A stretch of DNA of 63,329 nucleotides, filler included, from Welwitschia mirabilis (taxonomy: Eukaryota): assembly GCA_051453625.1 (NCBI GenBank). It is 8 parts of one record of this genome, joined end to end, with 100 filler letters (N's around TTAATTAATTAA, not from the genome) between each part and the next. Parts side by side here need not be neighbours in the genome. Positions count along the whole stretch, not along the records: positions 36,913 to 42,950 come from JBOZIK010000001.1; positions 43,051 to 46,595 come from JBOZIK010000001.1; positions 46,696 to 58,323 come from JBOZIK010000001.1; 5 more parts are not named here. One strand, written 5' to 3'. Position 1 is the first letter of the stretch, and each line of letters opens with the position of its first letter. The notes below the pieces were generated by a model that did not search any database, had not been told where the DNA came from, and saw only the letters and a program-made list of their open reading frames with translations. A program made the translations under genes and the position numbers. Below, in pieces: positions 36,913 through 48,358 of the stretch.

Positions 36913-39359
36913 TTTTTTTTATTTCCAATATAGGATGTATTACTTTCTATTTGAGGAGGAGGAGCCAGAGGCCCATTTACATGGCTCATTTTCAAAAATT
37001 TTTAAGATTTCATGACATAAAATTTTCAAAATTACATACATAGTATGCATTACTTGTTATCTATCCATGTGATGTATAAGCCTATTTTATGATTTTCAAA
37101 TTTATCTTTTGAAAAATAAATTGGCTCGTAATTGTGATTTTTTTGCCTTTTTTTGTTAGAGACTAACAAAGGCTAAGTGGATGACTATGTTGCACTACCA
37201 ATTTATAGTTATTTAATGGGTCTTATTAGTTTTTTTGTAGGATTTTTATACAGGTTTAGGTGCAATTATGAGGATTTTTAAGATACAAGAGGAAATATCA
37301 AAAAAGTGTAGTTATTATCCAAATTTGATGCATTTAAGGCACTTTATGATAAAGAGAGATTTTTATGATAAAATTGCTAAGTTTCTCCTCAAGAAAAAGA
37401 TTAAAGAAGACCTTCATCCCCTCCATCATCCACATGATAGTCAGGATGATGATAGTGAATGTGGACTACTAATCATCACTTTTGAAGATATTTTATAATG
37501 TTCTATTATCCTCCATATTGTTTGGATGATATCCTAGACGACACTAACATGTAATTATCACTGACAGATTCTCTTAACCATTTCATGTGTTTTTGATTTT
37601 TTAATAAGCATGTGTAATTGCATTTTCTATCTATCCATTTCTATTATATGTACTTATAAATAAGTCCCTCTTTGAATCTCCTTCTTATCTTCGATGCACT
37701 AGAGATTCTCGTGATAGGAGAGCGAAGGGCGGGAGATCTATCTTGAGAGTTATAGAAAGACGAGAACTTAATGGAAAGCTAGGTATCTTCTATTGAGACC
37801 TGATTGTTTTGTAACCCAGATATTGTTACTCTTTAATATAAATCTTGGTTTGATTTTATCTTTGCCTTGTAGATCTTCTTGTATCCCTTGTAGTCTAATG
37901 TTGACCTTGATCTTGTAACAATTTTTGGGTGATATAGATTATCAAGGGCAGCCTTTGTTAAGGCTAAAAGCAAGTAGGATTAGGATAATTTTTCATTACA
38001 TAATTAGTTTAAATAACATCTTGCACTTTTCATGGTAGTTTATTTTCTTGGATTGTTCTATTTCTAGTCCTAAAGTTAATTTGTAAGAGCAACCTGAGTC
38101 TCATACTCATCGACTTCAATGAGATATAACATTTTAAGTCACTCCCATTATATTAGTATGATGTATTATGTATAATATCTATTTTAATTATTAATGACAG
38201 AATCTATTTAAACATAAAAGCATGTACAAATACACACTGCTACAAATTGGTGCTATTGCTGGGAAAGGCTATCGAGGAGTACAAGAGTTATTGTTATTTA
38301 AATAAGTCTATTGACCTCTGTCTATGTAGCATTGTATTTTATTAGGAGTATGTTTTCTATGTGCTGTAATTCAATTTCGATTCTTCAAATTTTGTTTTTC
38401 TGTAAAAAAGTGTGGTTGTCTTCTCTGTTATCACCACGATAGTCAAGACGATAGTGTATTATCTTTATTTTTTATTTTTATTTTCAAATTTTAATTTTTT
38501 GTAATAAATTAGTTTATGTCATCTCTTGTGATGTCCAGATGACTAGGTAGATAATAGATCTATTTTTCGTATTTTTTGCTTTCTATTTTAGTTTTGGTCT
38601 TATTTTTGCTTTTTCTATTTTTGTGTGTGTCATTCCCTCTATTGTCCCCATGATAGATGGGATGATAGTACTATTTTCGATTTGTTTTATAGTTATTTTT
38701 TGTTTATAGGTATTGTAACATTGATGGTTCAAAAAAAGGCTTATCAGGGGAAAAAAGGGTTGCTGATAGAAGAAAGATATTTAAGAAGGATAGGAATACA
38801 AACTCTAGGTACATACATTTTATTTTCAAGCTCATTTTATTTTTATCATCTTCAAACACCTACCTTTATCTTGAACTAAAGATTGTCTTCCTCCCATTCT
38901 TCTAAAGTGAATAGTAATAGAATCAATAGTATCAAAATTTTGGAACATGTAAAAACTACCTTGAGGAAAAAAGTAAAAAAATAGTTAGGAAACTTATTAC
39001 TAAAAAAAGAAGAAGAGAATCTAAGGAAAATTGTAAAAAAACACTTAGAGAAATTTTTGGAGAAAAAGGGAGAAATGAATTTGAGAAAAATGGTAAGAAA
39101 ACACTTAGAGAGCTCTTAGCAGAAAAAGGGAGACTAACATAAAGAAATGTTTAGATTAGGGATAGGGTTCATTCTTCTTTTCAACCACTTTATTATTCCC
39201 CCATTTCTTTTCAAAATCCATATAAAAATGAAGAATAAAATCTTAAAGATTCAACCTCATACAATCAATTTTACCCATCCCATTCATCTCCCATGAATTA
39301 TTATGAAGTAGAAAATGATTCAATAGAATAATTCAGGAACACAATAAGGCAACAAGAGG
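36913..39359 (+). mobile_element. Athila-type 3' UTR end, LTR family B (37188-38244), PBS (~38248) and internal region without gag
   Basis: TTGTTAGAGACTAACAAAGGCTAAGTGG (Athila-like pre-LTR signature) before TGTTGCACTACC; LTR ends CTGCTACA; PBS TGGTGCTATTGCTGGGAA; 39040-39320 resembles 15860-16150. Confidence 0.82.
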
Positions 39360-39459
39360 NNNNNNNNNNNNNNNNNNNNNNNNNNNNNNNNNNNNNNNNN
39401 NNNNNNNNNNNNNNNNNNNNNNNNNNNNNNNNNNNNNNNNNNNNNNNNNNNNNNNNNNN

Positions 39460-42400
39460 GATGCCAACTTATATGTATTTGATAAGGTATTTTGAATTGT
39501 TTTGCAAATAAACTAATAGATAAATTCCTAGTTTCTATGATAATTGAGAATCCAGGAGCACAAGACAAAAACATGTAGTTTATCAAATAATTTATAAGCA
39601 TTTCATATAAATATGGATAAATTATATTTTTAGATGATTATCCCTGTAAACAACAAGATATCACACTGACAAAAGATGAAGAAAAGACTGTCGTACCCTC
39701 TGTCATCCAGACGACAGTCAGGACGACAACCCTAATTAAATATATGATAGACTTATTTNNNNNNNNNNNNNNNNNNNNNNNNNNNNNNNNNNNNNNNNNN
39801 NNNNNNNNNNNNNNNNNNNNNNNNNNNNNNNNNNNNNNNNNNNNNNNNNNNNNNNNNNNNNNNNNNNNNNNNNNNNNNNNNNNNNNNNNNNNNNNNNNNN
39901 NNNNNNNNNNNNNNNNNNNNNNNNNNNNNNNNNNNNNNNNNNNNNNNNNNNNNNNNNNNNNNNNNNNNNNNNNNNNNNNNNNNNNNNNNNNNNNNNNNNN
40001 NNNNNNNNNNNNNNNNNNNNNNNNNNNNNNNNNNNNNNNNNNNNNNNNNNNNNNNNNNNNNNNNNNNNNNNNNNNNNNNNNNNNNNNNNNNNNNNNNNNN
40101 NNNNNNNNNNNNNNNNNNNNNNNNNNNNNNNNNNNNNNNNNNNNNNNNNNNNNNNNNNNNNNNNNNNNNNNNNNNNNNNNNNNNNNNNNNNNNNNNNNNN
40201 NNNNNNNNNNNNNNNNNNNNNNNNNNNNNNNNNNNNNNNNNNNNNNNNNNNNNNNNNNNNNNNNNNNNNNNNNNNNNNNNNNNNNNNNNNNNNNNNNNNN
40301 NNNNNNNNNNNNNNNNNNNNNNNNNNNNNNNNNNNNNNNNNNNNNNNNNNNNNNNNNNNNNNNNNNNNNNNNNNNNNNNNNNNNNNNNNNNNNNNNNNNN
40401 NNNNNNNNNNNNNNNNNNNNNNNNNNNNNNNNNNNNNNNNNNNNNNNNNNNNNNNNNNNNNNNNNNNNNNNNNNNNNNNNNNNNNNNNNNNNNNNNNNNN
40501 NNNNNNNNNNNNNNNNNNNNNNNNNNNNNNNNNNNNNNNNNNNNNNNNNNNNNNNNNNNNNNNNNNNNNNNNNNNNNNNNNNNNNNNNNNNNNNNNNNNN
40601 NNNNNNNNNNNNNNNNNNNNNNNNNNNNNNNNGTGAAACATTGCATAAATACACACCGCAACAAATTGGTGCCATTGTAGGGAAAGGCTACTTGGAAATT
40701 GAGAGTTGTCATTACTTTAGTGGATATTCTAGATATTTGTTGTAGCATCGGTGTACTAGTACCCTCTGTAAGTATTTTTATTTTAGTTTTTAATTCTTAC
40801 TAACCACTAACATCCCCTCAGTCATCTAGACATCACAGTCAGATGACAGTCCCTTTTCTACTTTCCTTTGTTCTGTGTTTTTTGTGTTTTTTACTTCTAT
40901 CGTCTCAGGTATCATCTGGATGACATACAGGATGACGCACAGGATAGCACTAAAACTGACTGGTTAAGATTAAAAAGTTGAAAAATACCAGAGAAAGTGA
41001 TGATTTATTACAAAAACCATCCAAGAAGGTTTGCTAAATTTTGAATTTAAAAATCAAAACAATCCAAATACACAAACTTTACAATTTTTTGAAATTTCTG
41101 ATTGTAATTCTATAAGTAAATATGATTTTAATTTTGAAGAATTTAATACAATATCAACCTCTCATCAAAAATAACTTATCTCGCCAAATCCACCACCCGT
41201 CGTTGGAACTATTACTTGTACTCCTCCTCAACCGAACACTCATGTGACTTTGAGAGATCTCATAGNNNNNNNNNNNNNNNNNNNNNNNNNNNNNNNNNNN
41301 NNNNNNNNNNNNNNNNNNNNNNNNNNNNNNNNNNNNNNNNNNNNNNNNNNNNNNNNNNNNNNNNNATTTTAATTTTGAAGAATTTAATACAATATCAACC
41401 TCTCATCAAAAATAACTTATCTCGCCAAATCCGCCACCTGTCGTTGGAACTATTACTTGTACTCCTCCTCAACCAAACACTCATGTGACTTTGAGAGATC
41501 TCATAGCAAACAGAATACTAGAAATTTAAAACCCCTTTGACTTACCTTCTGGCGATGATGTAGAATTGAAAAATCTGAACACTTATCCTATCTTTAGAGG
41601 AGAACCTGATGCAGACCCCCTACAACACATCGCAGAAATAGAGCAACTCATCCTTACATCTGGCAATGGTAAGAAATGTATCACTGATAGAAATTATCNN
41701 NNNNNNNNNNNNNNNNNNNNNNNNNNNNNNNNNNNNNNNNNNNNNNNNNNNNNNNNNNNNNNNNNNNNNNNNNNNNNNNNNNNNNNNNNNNNNNNNNNNN
41801 NNNNNNNNNNNNNNNNNNNNNNNNNNNNNNNNNNNNNNNNNNNNNNNNNNNNNNNNNNNNNNNNNNNNNNNNNNNNNNNNNNNNNNNNNNNNNNNNNNNN
41901 NNNNNNNNNNNNNNNNNNNNNNNNNNNNNNNNNNNNNNNNNNNNNNNNNNNNNNNNNNNNNNNNNNNNNNNNNNNNNNNNNNNNNNNNNNNNNNNNNNNN
42001 NNNNNNNNNNNNNNNNNNNNNNNNNNNNNNNNNNNNNNNNNNNNNNNNNNNNNNNNNNNNNNNNNNNNNNNNNNNNNNNNNNNNNNNNNNNNNNNNNNNN
42101 NNNNNNNNNNNNNNNNNNNNNNNNNNNNNNNNNNNNNNNNNNNNNNNNNNNNNNNNNNNNNNNNNNNNNNNNNNNNNNNNNNNNNNNNNNNNNNNNNNNN
42201 NNNNNNNNNNNNNNNNNNNNNNNNNNNNNNNNNNNNNNNNNNNNNNNNNNNNNNNNNNNNNNNNNNNNNNNNNNNNNNNNNNNNNNNNNNNNNNNNNNNN
42301 NNNNNNNNNNNNNNNNNNNNNNNNNNNNNNNNNNNNNNNNNNNNNNNNNNNNNNNNNNNNNNNNNNNNNNNNNNNNNNNNNNNNNNNNNNNNNNNNNNNN

Positions 42401-42950
42401 NNNNNNNNNNNNNNNNNNNNNNNNNNNNNNNNNNNNNNNNNNNNNNNNNNNNNNNNNNNNNNNNNNNNNNNNNNNNNNNNNNNNNNNNNNNNNNNNNNNN
42501 NNNNNNNNNNNNNNNNNNNNNNNNNNNNNNNNNNNNNNNNNNNNNNNNNNNNNNNNNNNNNNNNNNNNNNNNNNNNNNNNNNNNNNNNNNNNNNNNNNNN
42601 NNNNNNNNNNNNNNNNNNNNNNNNNNNNNNNNNNNNNNNNNNNNNNNNNNNNNNNNNNNNNNNNNNNNNNNNNNNNNNAAGCAAGCATGAGAAAACTGAA
42701 ACAAAAAGAAGACATGAACCAACTAGCATCATTAAGGATTTCACATCTACTTTAAAGAAATATACTCAAATGATTCTTGATGCTAAAGTGGCAACTGAGA
42801 GGAATCAACTTATTAGTCCAACTTATGATCTATGCAAAGATAGTTATCACATCACAAAAGATTATCTTTTACTTCCCACTTGCAAAGAAAGAATTTATGA
42901 AGAAGTACATGCATTGAACTAAGGACCCTTTAACTACAATCAAAACTACA
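39460..42950 (+). mobile_element. Athila-type element: gapped LTR 39460-40663, PBS ~40667, gag fragments
   Basis: LTR end CACACCGCAACA plus TGGTGCCATTGTAGGGA; gag YPIFRGEPDADPLQHIAEIEQLILTSGNG, homologous to 34970-35080. Confidence 0.8.
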
Positions 42951-43050
42951 NNNNNNNNNNNNNNNNNNNNNNNNNNNNNNNNNNNNNNNNNNNNTTAATT
43001 AATTAANNNNNNNNNNNNNNNNNNNNNNNNNNNNNNNNNNNNNNNNNNNN

Positions 43051-46000
43051 ATTTGATTTTAAAATGTGAATGGTGGACTAATCTGATGTCCACATCTGAC
43101 CTCCCTTCTTATATTCAACTTGTCCTCAAATTGAATATAAGGTATTAGTAGATGCTTATGTGTATCCTATGTAAGGTATTAGTAGATGCTTTGGTGTCCG
43201 GGCACTCCTATGTAAGGTATTAGTAGATACTTATGTGTATCCTTTGTCTCTGATAGTGCTGACCGATGCTTCCTGGAATTCTAGTTGCTGTTCTTCATTT
43301 CTTTCTGATGTTGATCTCCATTTGTACATATCAAAAACATTAAATATGGGTGACATCCTCATACCTTCTTGTAATGCCAATTCATAAGCATTGTTTGAAA
43401 TTTTCTTCTTGATAACAAATGGTCCAATTCTTCGAGGTTGTAGTTTAGTAAATCTTTGGTGTTGTTGATCTCTATGTAGGCGTACTAGGACTTGTTCTCC
43501 TTCTTGGAATGACTTTTCCTTCCTTCTAGTATCTGTCTTTACCTTGTAATCTGCATTAAAGTCTATGATCCTCTGATGTACTTGTTCCTGAAATGTGANN
43601 NNNNNNNNNNNNNNNNNNNNNNNNNNNNNNNNNNNNNNNNNNNNNNNNNNNNNNNNNNNNNNNNNNNNNNNNNNNNNNNNNNNNNNNNNNNNNNNNNNNN
43701 NNNNNNNNNNNNNNNNNNNNNNNNNNNNNNNNNNNNNNNNNNNNNNNNNNNNNNNNNNNNNNNNNNNNNNNNNNNNNNNNNNNNNNNNNNNNNNNNNNNN
43801 NNNNNNNNNNNNNNNNNNNNNNNNNNNNNNNNNNNNNNNNNNNNNNNNNNNNNNNNNNNNNNNNNNNNNNNNNNNNNNNNNNNNNNNNNNNNNNNNNNNN
43901 NNNNNNNNNNNNNNNNNNNNNNNNNNNNNNNNNNNNNNNNNNNNNNNNNNNNNNNNNNNNNNNNNNNNNNNNNNNNNNNNNNNNNNNNNNNNNNNNNNNN
44001 NNNNNNNNNNNNNNNNNNNNNNNNNNNNNNNNNNNNNNNNNNNNNNNNNNNNNNNNNNNNNNNNNNNNNNNNNNNNNNNNNNNNNNNNNNNNNNNNNNNN
44101 NNNNNNNNNNNNNNNNNNNNNNNNNNNNNNNNNNNNNNNNNNNNNNNNNNNNNNNNNNNNNNNNNNNNNNNNNNNNNNNNNNNNNNNNNNNNNNNNNNNN
44201 NNNNNNNNNNNNNNNNNNNNTTGTTTCTCATTCCAGGCCAAAAAAAAGTATCTACGGATTCTTTCAATTGTTTTGTTTTGATCCATATGCCCTACTAATC
44301 CTCCATTATGTCCTTCTTTAATTAGCTCTAGATGAAGATTTCCATTAGGAATACATAATCATTGATTCTTATATAACTTTCCTCCACTTACCATATATCC
44401 TTCTATGCTAGATGGATCTTGTATTACTTGCTTCCATATGTCTTTAAAGTTTAGATCTTCTACATATCATAAGTTTTTTGCTTCCAAATCTTGTACTACA
44501 ATACTGCTGTCAATAAAACTCCTTGTACTTAGTGCATCTGCCACCTCATTTTGTACACCTTTCTTGTGCTTTACTATAAAATTAAACTCTTGTAACTCTT
44601 CTATCCATTGTGCAAGTTTAGCATTAAGCTTTAGCTGCTTCTAAATGAACTGTAAGGCTCGATGATCTGTATATAATATAAATTACTTAGGCAATAGATA
44701 ATGACGTCATTTCTTCAATGCCTGTAAAATAGCATAGAATTCTTTCTTGTATGTGGAATATTTTTGACAACTTTCATTTAACTTCTCACTGAAAAATGCA
44801 ATTGGCCTCCCTTCTTAGCTTAAAACTCCTCCTATGGCTACACCACTAGCATCACCTTCCACTGTGACAACTTTGAAAAAATCTAGTAACGCTAAGACTA
44901 GTGCAGTACTCAAGCATTTCTTTAACTCTTGGAAACTCTTCTCTGTTGCTGTTGTCCAAAAAAATAGTTTCTCTTTTCCTTTAATTGTTTCTAGCATGTC
45001 TGCAGCTACACTAATGAAATTTCTAATAAATTTTTGATAGAAACTTGCTGATCCATAAATGACCGTAACTTTGTAGCATTCTTGGGTCTTGGCTAATCCA
45101 TAATGCTTCGTACCTTCTCTGGATCTGCTCGTATTCCATCCTTAGAAATAAAAAATCCTAAATATATGAATTCATTTTTCATAAAAATACACTTCTTTAA
45201 ATTCACCATCAATTTCTCTTCTGCTAATTTTGATAACACAAGTCATAAATAAAAGCTATAAATGCTCTAGTTGAATATGACTAAATACCAAAATATCATC
45301 CAAAAACACAATAATAAATCTTTCAAGATATGGTTTCAATCCTCATTCATCATTCTCATGAAGGTACTAGGTGCATTAGAGAGACCAAACGGCATAACTC
45401 TCCGTATGTGTAATCCATCAGGAGTTCTGAATATTGTCTTCCATTCCTCACCTTCTCTTATGCGAATTTAATGATAACCACTTTTCAAATCTATCTTACT
45501 AAAATACTAAGATCCTACTAAACAATCTTAGAAATCATTCATACGAGGTATTGAAAATCTTTACCTTGTGGTAATTTTATTGATTTCCATTGCATCAATG
45601 CACATACACAANNNNNNNNNNNNNNNNNNNNNNNNNNNNNNNNNNNNNNNNNNNNNNNNNNNNNNNNNNNNNNNNNNCAATCCTTTCTTTAAGAGTTTAT
45701 CAATTTGTCTAGCTAGCTCTTCACATTCATGTGGACTCATGTGATATGCTACCTTATTAGGTAGCTCTACTCCTAGGATTAGATTAACAGCATGCAAAAT
45801 GGATCTCTATGGTGGCAAATCATCTGGAAGATTTTTTACTAAAATTTTTTAAAACTCTTTCAGTGATGCACTTACCTCTGGTACTATCATATCCTCTAGT
45901 GGATGTGTGGCTAATGTTAACACAATTGCTATTCTTTGTCTTTCTATTACTATATGTTGCAAACATTCCTTTCATATCATCAAGTAAACAAGACTCTTTG

Positions 46001-47539
46001 CCATCTGTGTGCTCTATTGCATAGGCTTCTTTTGAAAAAGTACTGCTGGTGGATTCCCATGAATCCTAAATAGTCAATCATCGTTCTTTACCATCACTTT
46101 ATTTTCTCATGAATCAATTACCGCATACCTGTCAAACTACCATGGATTTCCAAGAATAATATGAGAAGCATCCATAGGAATAATATCACATAATACCAAA
46201 TCTACATAATTACCAATTTGAATTGTTACCCAACACTGCTTATCCACATATCGATTTATGGACTGATCCAACCATCCTACCTTATATGGATTAGGATGAT
46301 CTCTTATGGGTAAATGTAATTAATCTATCATAAACCTTGACACTAAATTATCTGGACTAGCATTATCTACAATTGTAATTACCATCTTACCGTCATATAG
46401 TACATGGAACCTCAACAAATTTCTCCTTTGTGCAGCCTGACTAACATCTTGAGCATGTAATACTATATTTCTTATAAGTTCTTGAGTTTTTAACTCTTCT
46501 ACTTCTGAATTTTATTCTGCTACAAATTTAGAACTACTGGCTACATCTTCTACTGGTGCTTTTGTTAGGGCTAATGTATGCAAACTATTTGTGGCNNNNN
46601 NNNNNNNNNNNNNNNNNNNNNNNNNNNNNNNNNNNNNNNTTAATTAATTAANNNNNNNNNNNNNNNNNNNNNNNNNNNNNNNNNNNNNNNNNNNNTTTTT
46701 AAAAAAATTCTCCCCTCTTTTTTTAACCCTAATAATAATATAATGCATATATATTTTTTAAATATTAATAAAAAATTTGTTTAACAAATTCTGCTGAACC
46801 TGAAAATGTGCAAATTTTTTTAAATCTGCTACTCCAGATCCCACAATAAACATGTACAACCTTTTGCGACATTGTGGATCTTGGTACATTAAAACTACAG
46901 AAAAGATTTGGGTGCATGTGGTGCTCAGACGGTGAGTCAAGAGATCGTAACAGCGTAAAGCCAAAGAAACAAATCTGATGGAGCGGAGCTCAAATGCACA
47001 AGAGAAGTGCAGATGTAGGCTCACAATGACAGAACAAGTGCACAAGCAAAACAAGTAAGAAGCAGAGCATTAATCGCTACCTAACGGAGAGTAGGAGCTC
47101 ATGGTAGTGGTGGGAACCAGGTATACACTGACGAACAGGCCAACAGTGATCAAACACCTTTCAAAATGAACCCCTTTTATGAACAGGAGAAACCACATAG
47201 GCCACCGTGACTCTTCACGCAAGCTTTGATACTAGATTAATGGGAAGAAGGGAACATAGGACCGAAGCTGAAAGCACTAGATAAAATAGAAAGAGGGAGA
47301 ACAAAATCTATTTCTTAAGCACTCCTTCTTTACCATGCATCCATTACATCTTGCCCTCCAATTTATAGAATAATTTTAATGCAAAAAAATCATTATATTT
47401 CCATGGTTCAGGAGGTAGTTGGGAGTTAGCAGTTGAATCTAGCTTCGATTTGCAAGCAAAACTTCAACAATAGTAGGTAGTGTAGACGATATTGTTAAAA
47501 ATATGATTTTAAAATGTGAATGGTGAACTTTCTAATCTG
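43051..47539 (-). mobile_element. CRM-type Ty3/gypsy element: 5' LTR 47238-47539+, PBS-Met 47223-47234, protease/RT/RNase H/integrase 43231-46595, PPT ~43100-43110, 3' LTR start 43097
   Basis: Protease region DHPNPYKVGW and [55 protein letters not shown] and FLDDILVFS; RNase H DASGVAIGGVLS; integrase KLQPRRIGPF..KKISNNAYEL. TGATTTTAAAATGTGAATGGTG is shared at 43054 and 47504. Confidence 0.88.
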
Positions 47540-48358
47540 NNNNNNNNNNNNNNNNNNNNNNNNNNNNNNNNNNNNNNNNNNNNNNNNNNNNNNNNNNNNN
47601 NNNNNNNNNNNNNNNNNNNNNNNNNNNNNNNNNNNNNNNNNNNNNNNNNNNNNNNNNNNNNNNNNNNNNNNNNNNNNNNNNNNNNNNNNNNNNNNNNNNN
47701 NNNNNNNNNNNNNNNNNNNNNNNNNNNNNNNNNNNNNNNNNNNNNNNNNNNNNNNNNNNNNNNNNNNNNNNNNNNNNNNNNNNNNNNNNNNNNNNNNNNN
47801 NNNNNNNNNNNNNNNNNNNNNNNNNNNNNNNNNNNNNNNNNNNNNNNNNNNNNNNNNNNNNNNNNNNNNNNNNNNNNNNNNNNNNNNNNNNNNNNNNNNN
47901 NNNNNNNNNNNNNNNNNNNNNNNNNNNNNNNNNNNNNNNNNNNNNNNNNNNNNNNNNNNNNNNNNNNNNNNNNNNNNNNNNNNNNNNNNNNNNNNNNNNN
48001 NNNNNNNNNNNNNNNNNNNNNNNNNNNNNNNNNNNNNNNNNNNNNNNNNNNNNNNNNNNNNNNNNNNNNNNNNNNNNNNNNNNNNNNNNNNNNNNNNNNN
48101 NNNNNNNNNNNNNNNNNNNNNNNNNNNNNNNNNNNNNNNNNNNNNNNNNNNNNNNNNNNNNNNNNNNNNNNNNNNNNNNNNNNNNNNNNNNNNNNNNNNN
48201 NNNNNNNNNNNNNNNNNNNNNNNNNNNNNNNNNNNNNNNNNNNNNNNNNNNNNNNNNNNNNNNNNNNNNNNNNNNNNNNNNNNNNNNNNNNNNNNNNNNN
48301 NNNNNNNNNNNNNNNNNNNNNNNNNNNNNNNNNNNNNNNNNNNNNNNNNNNNNNNNNN

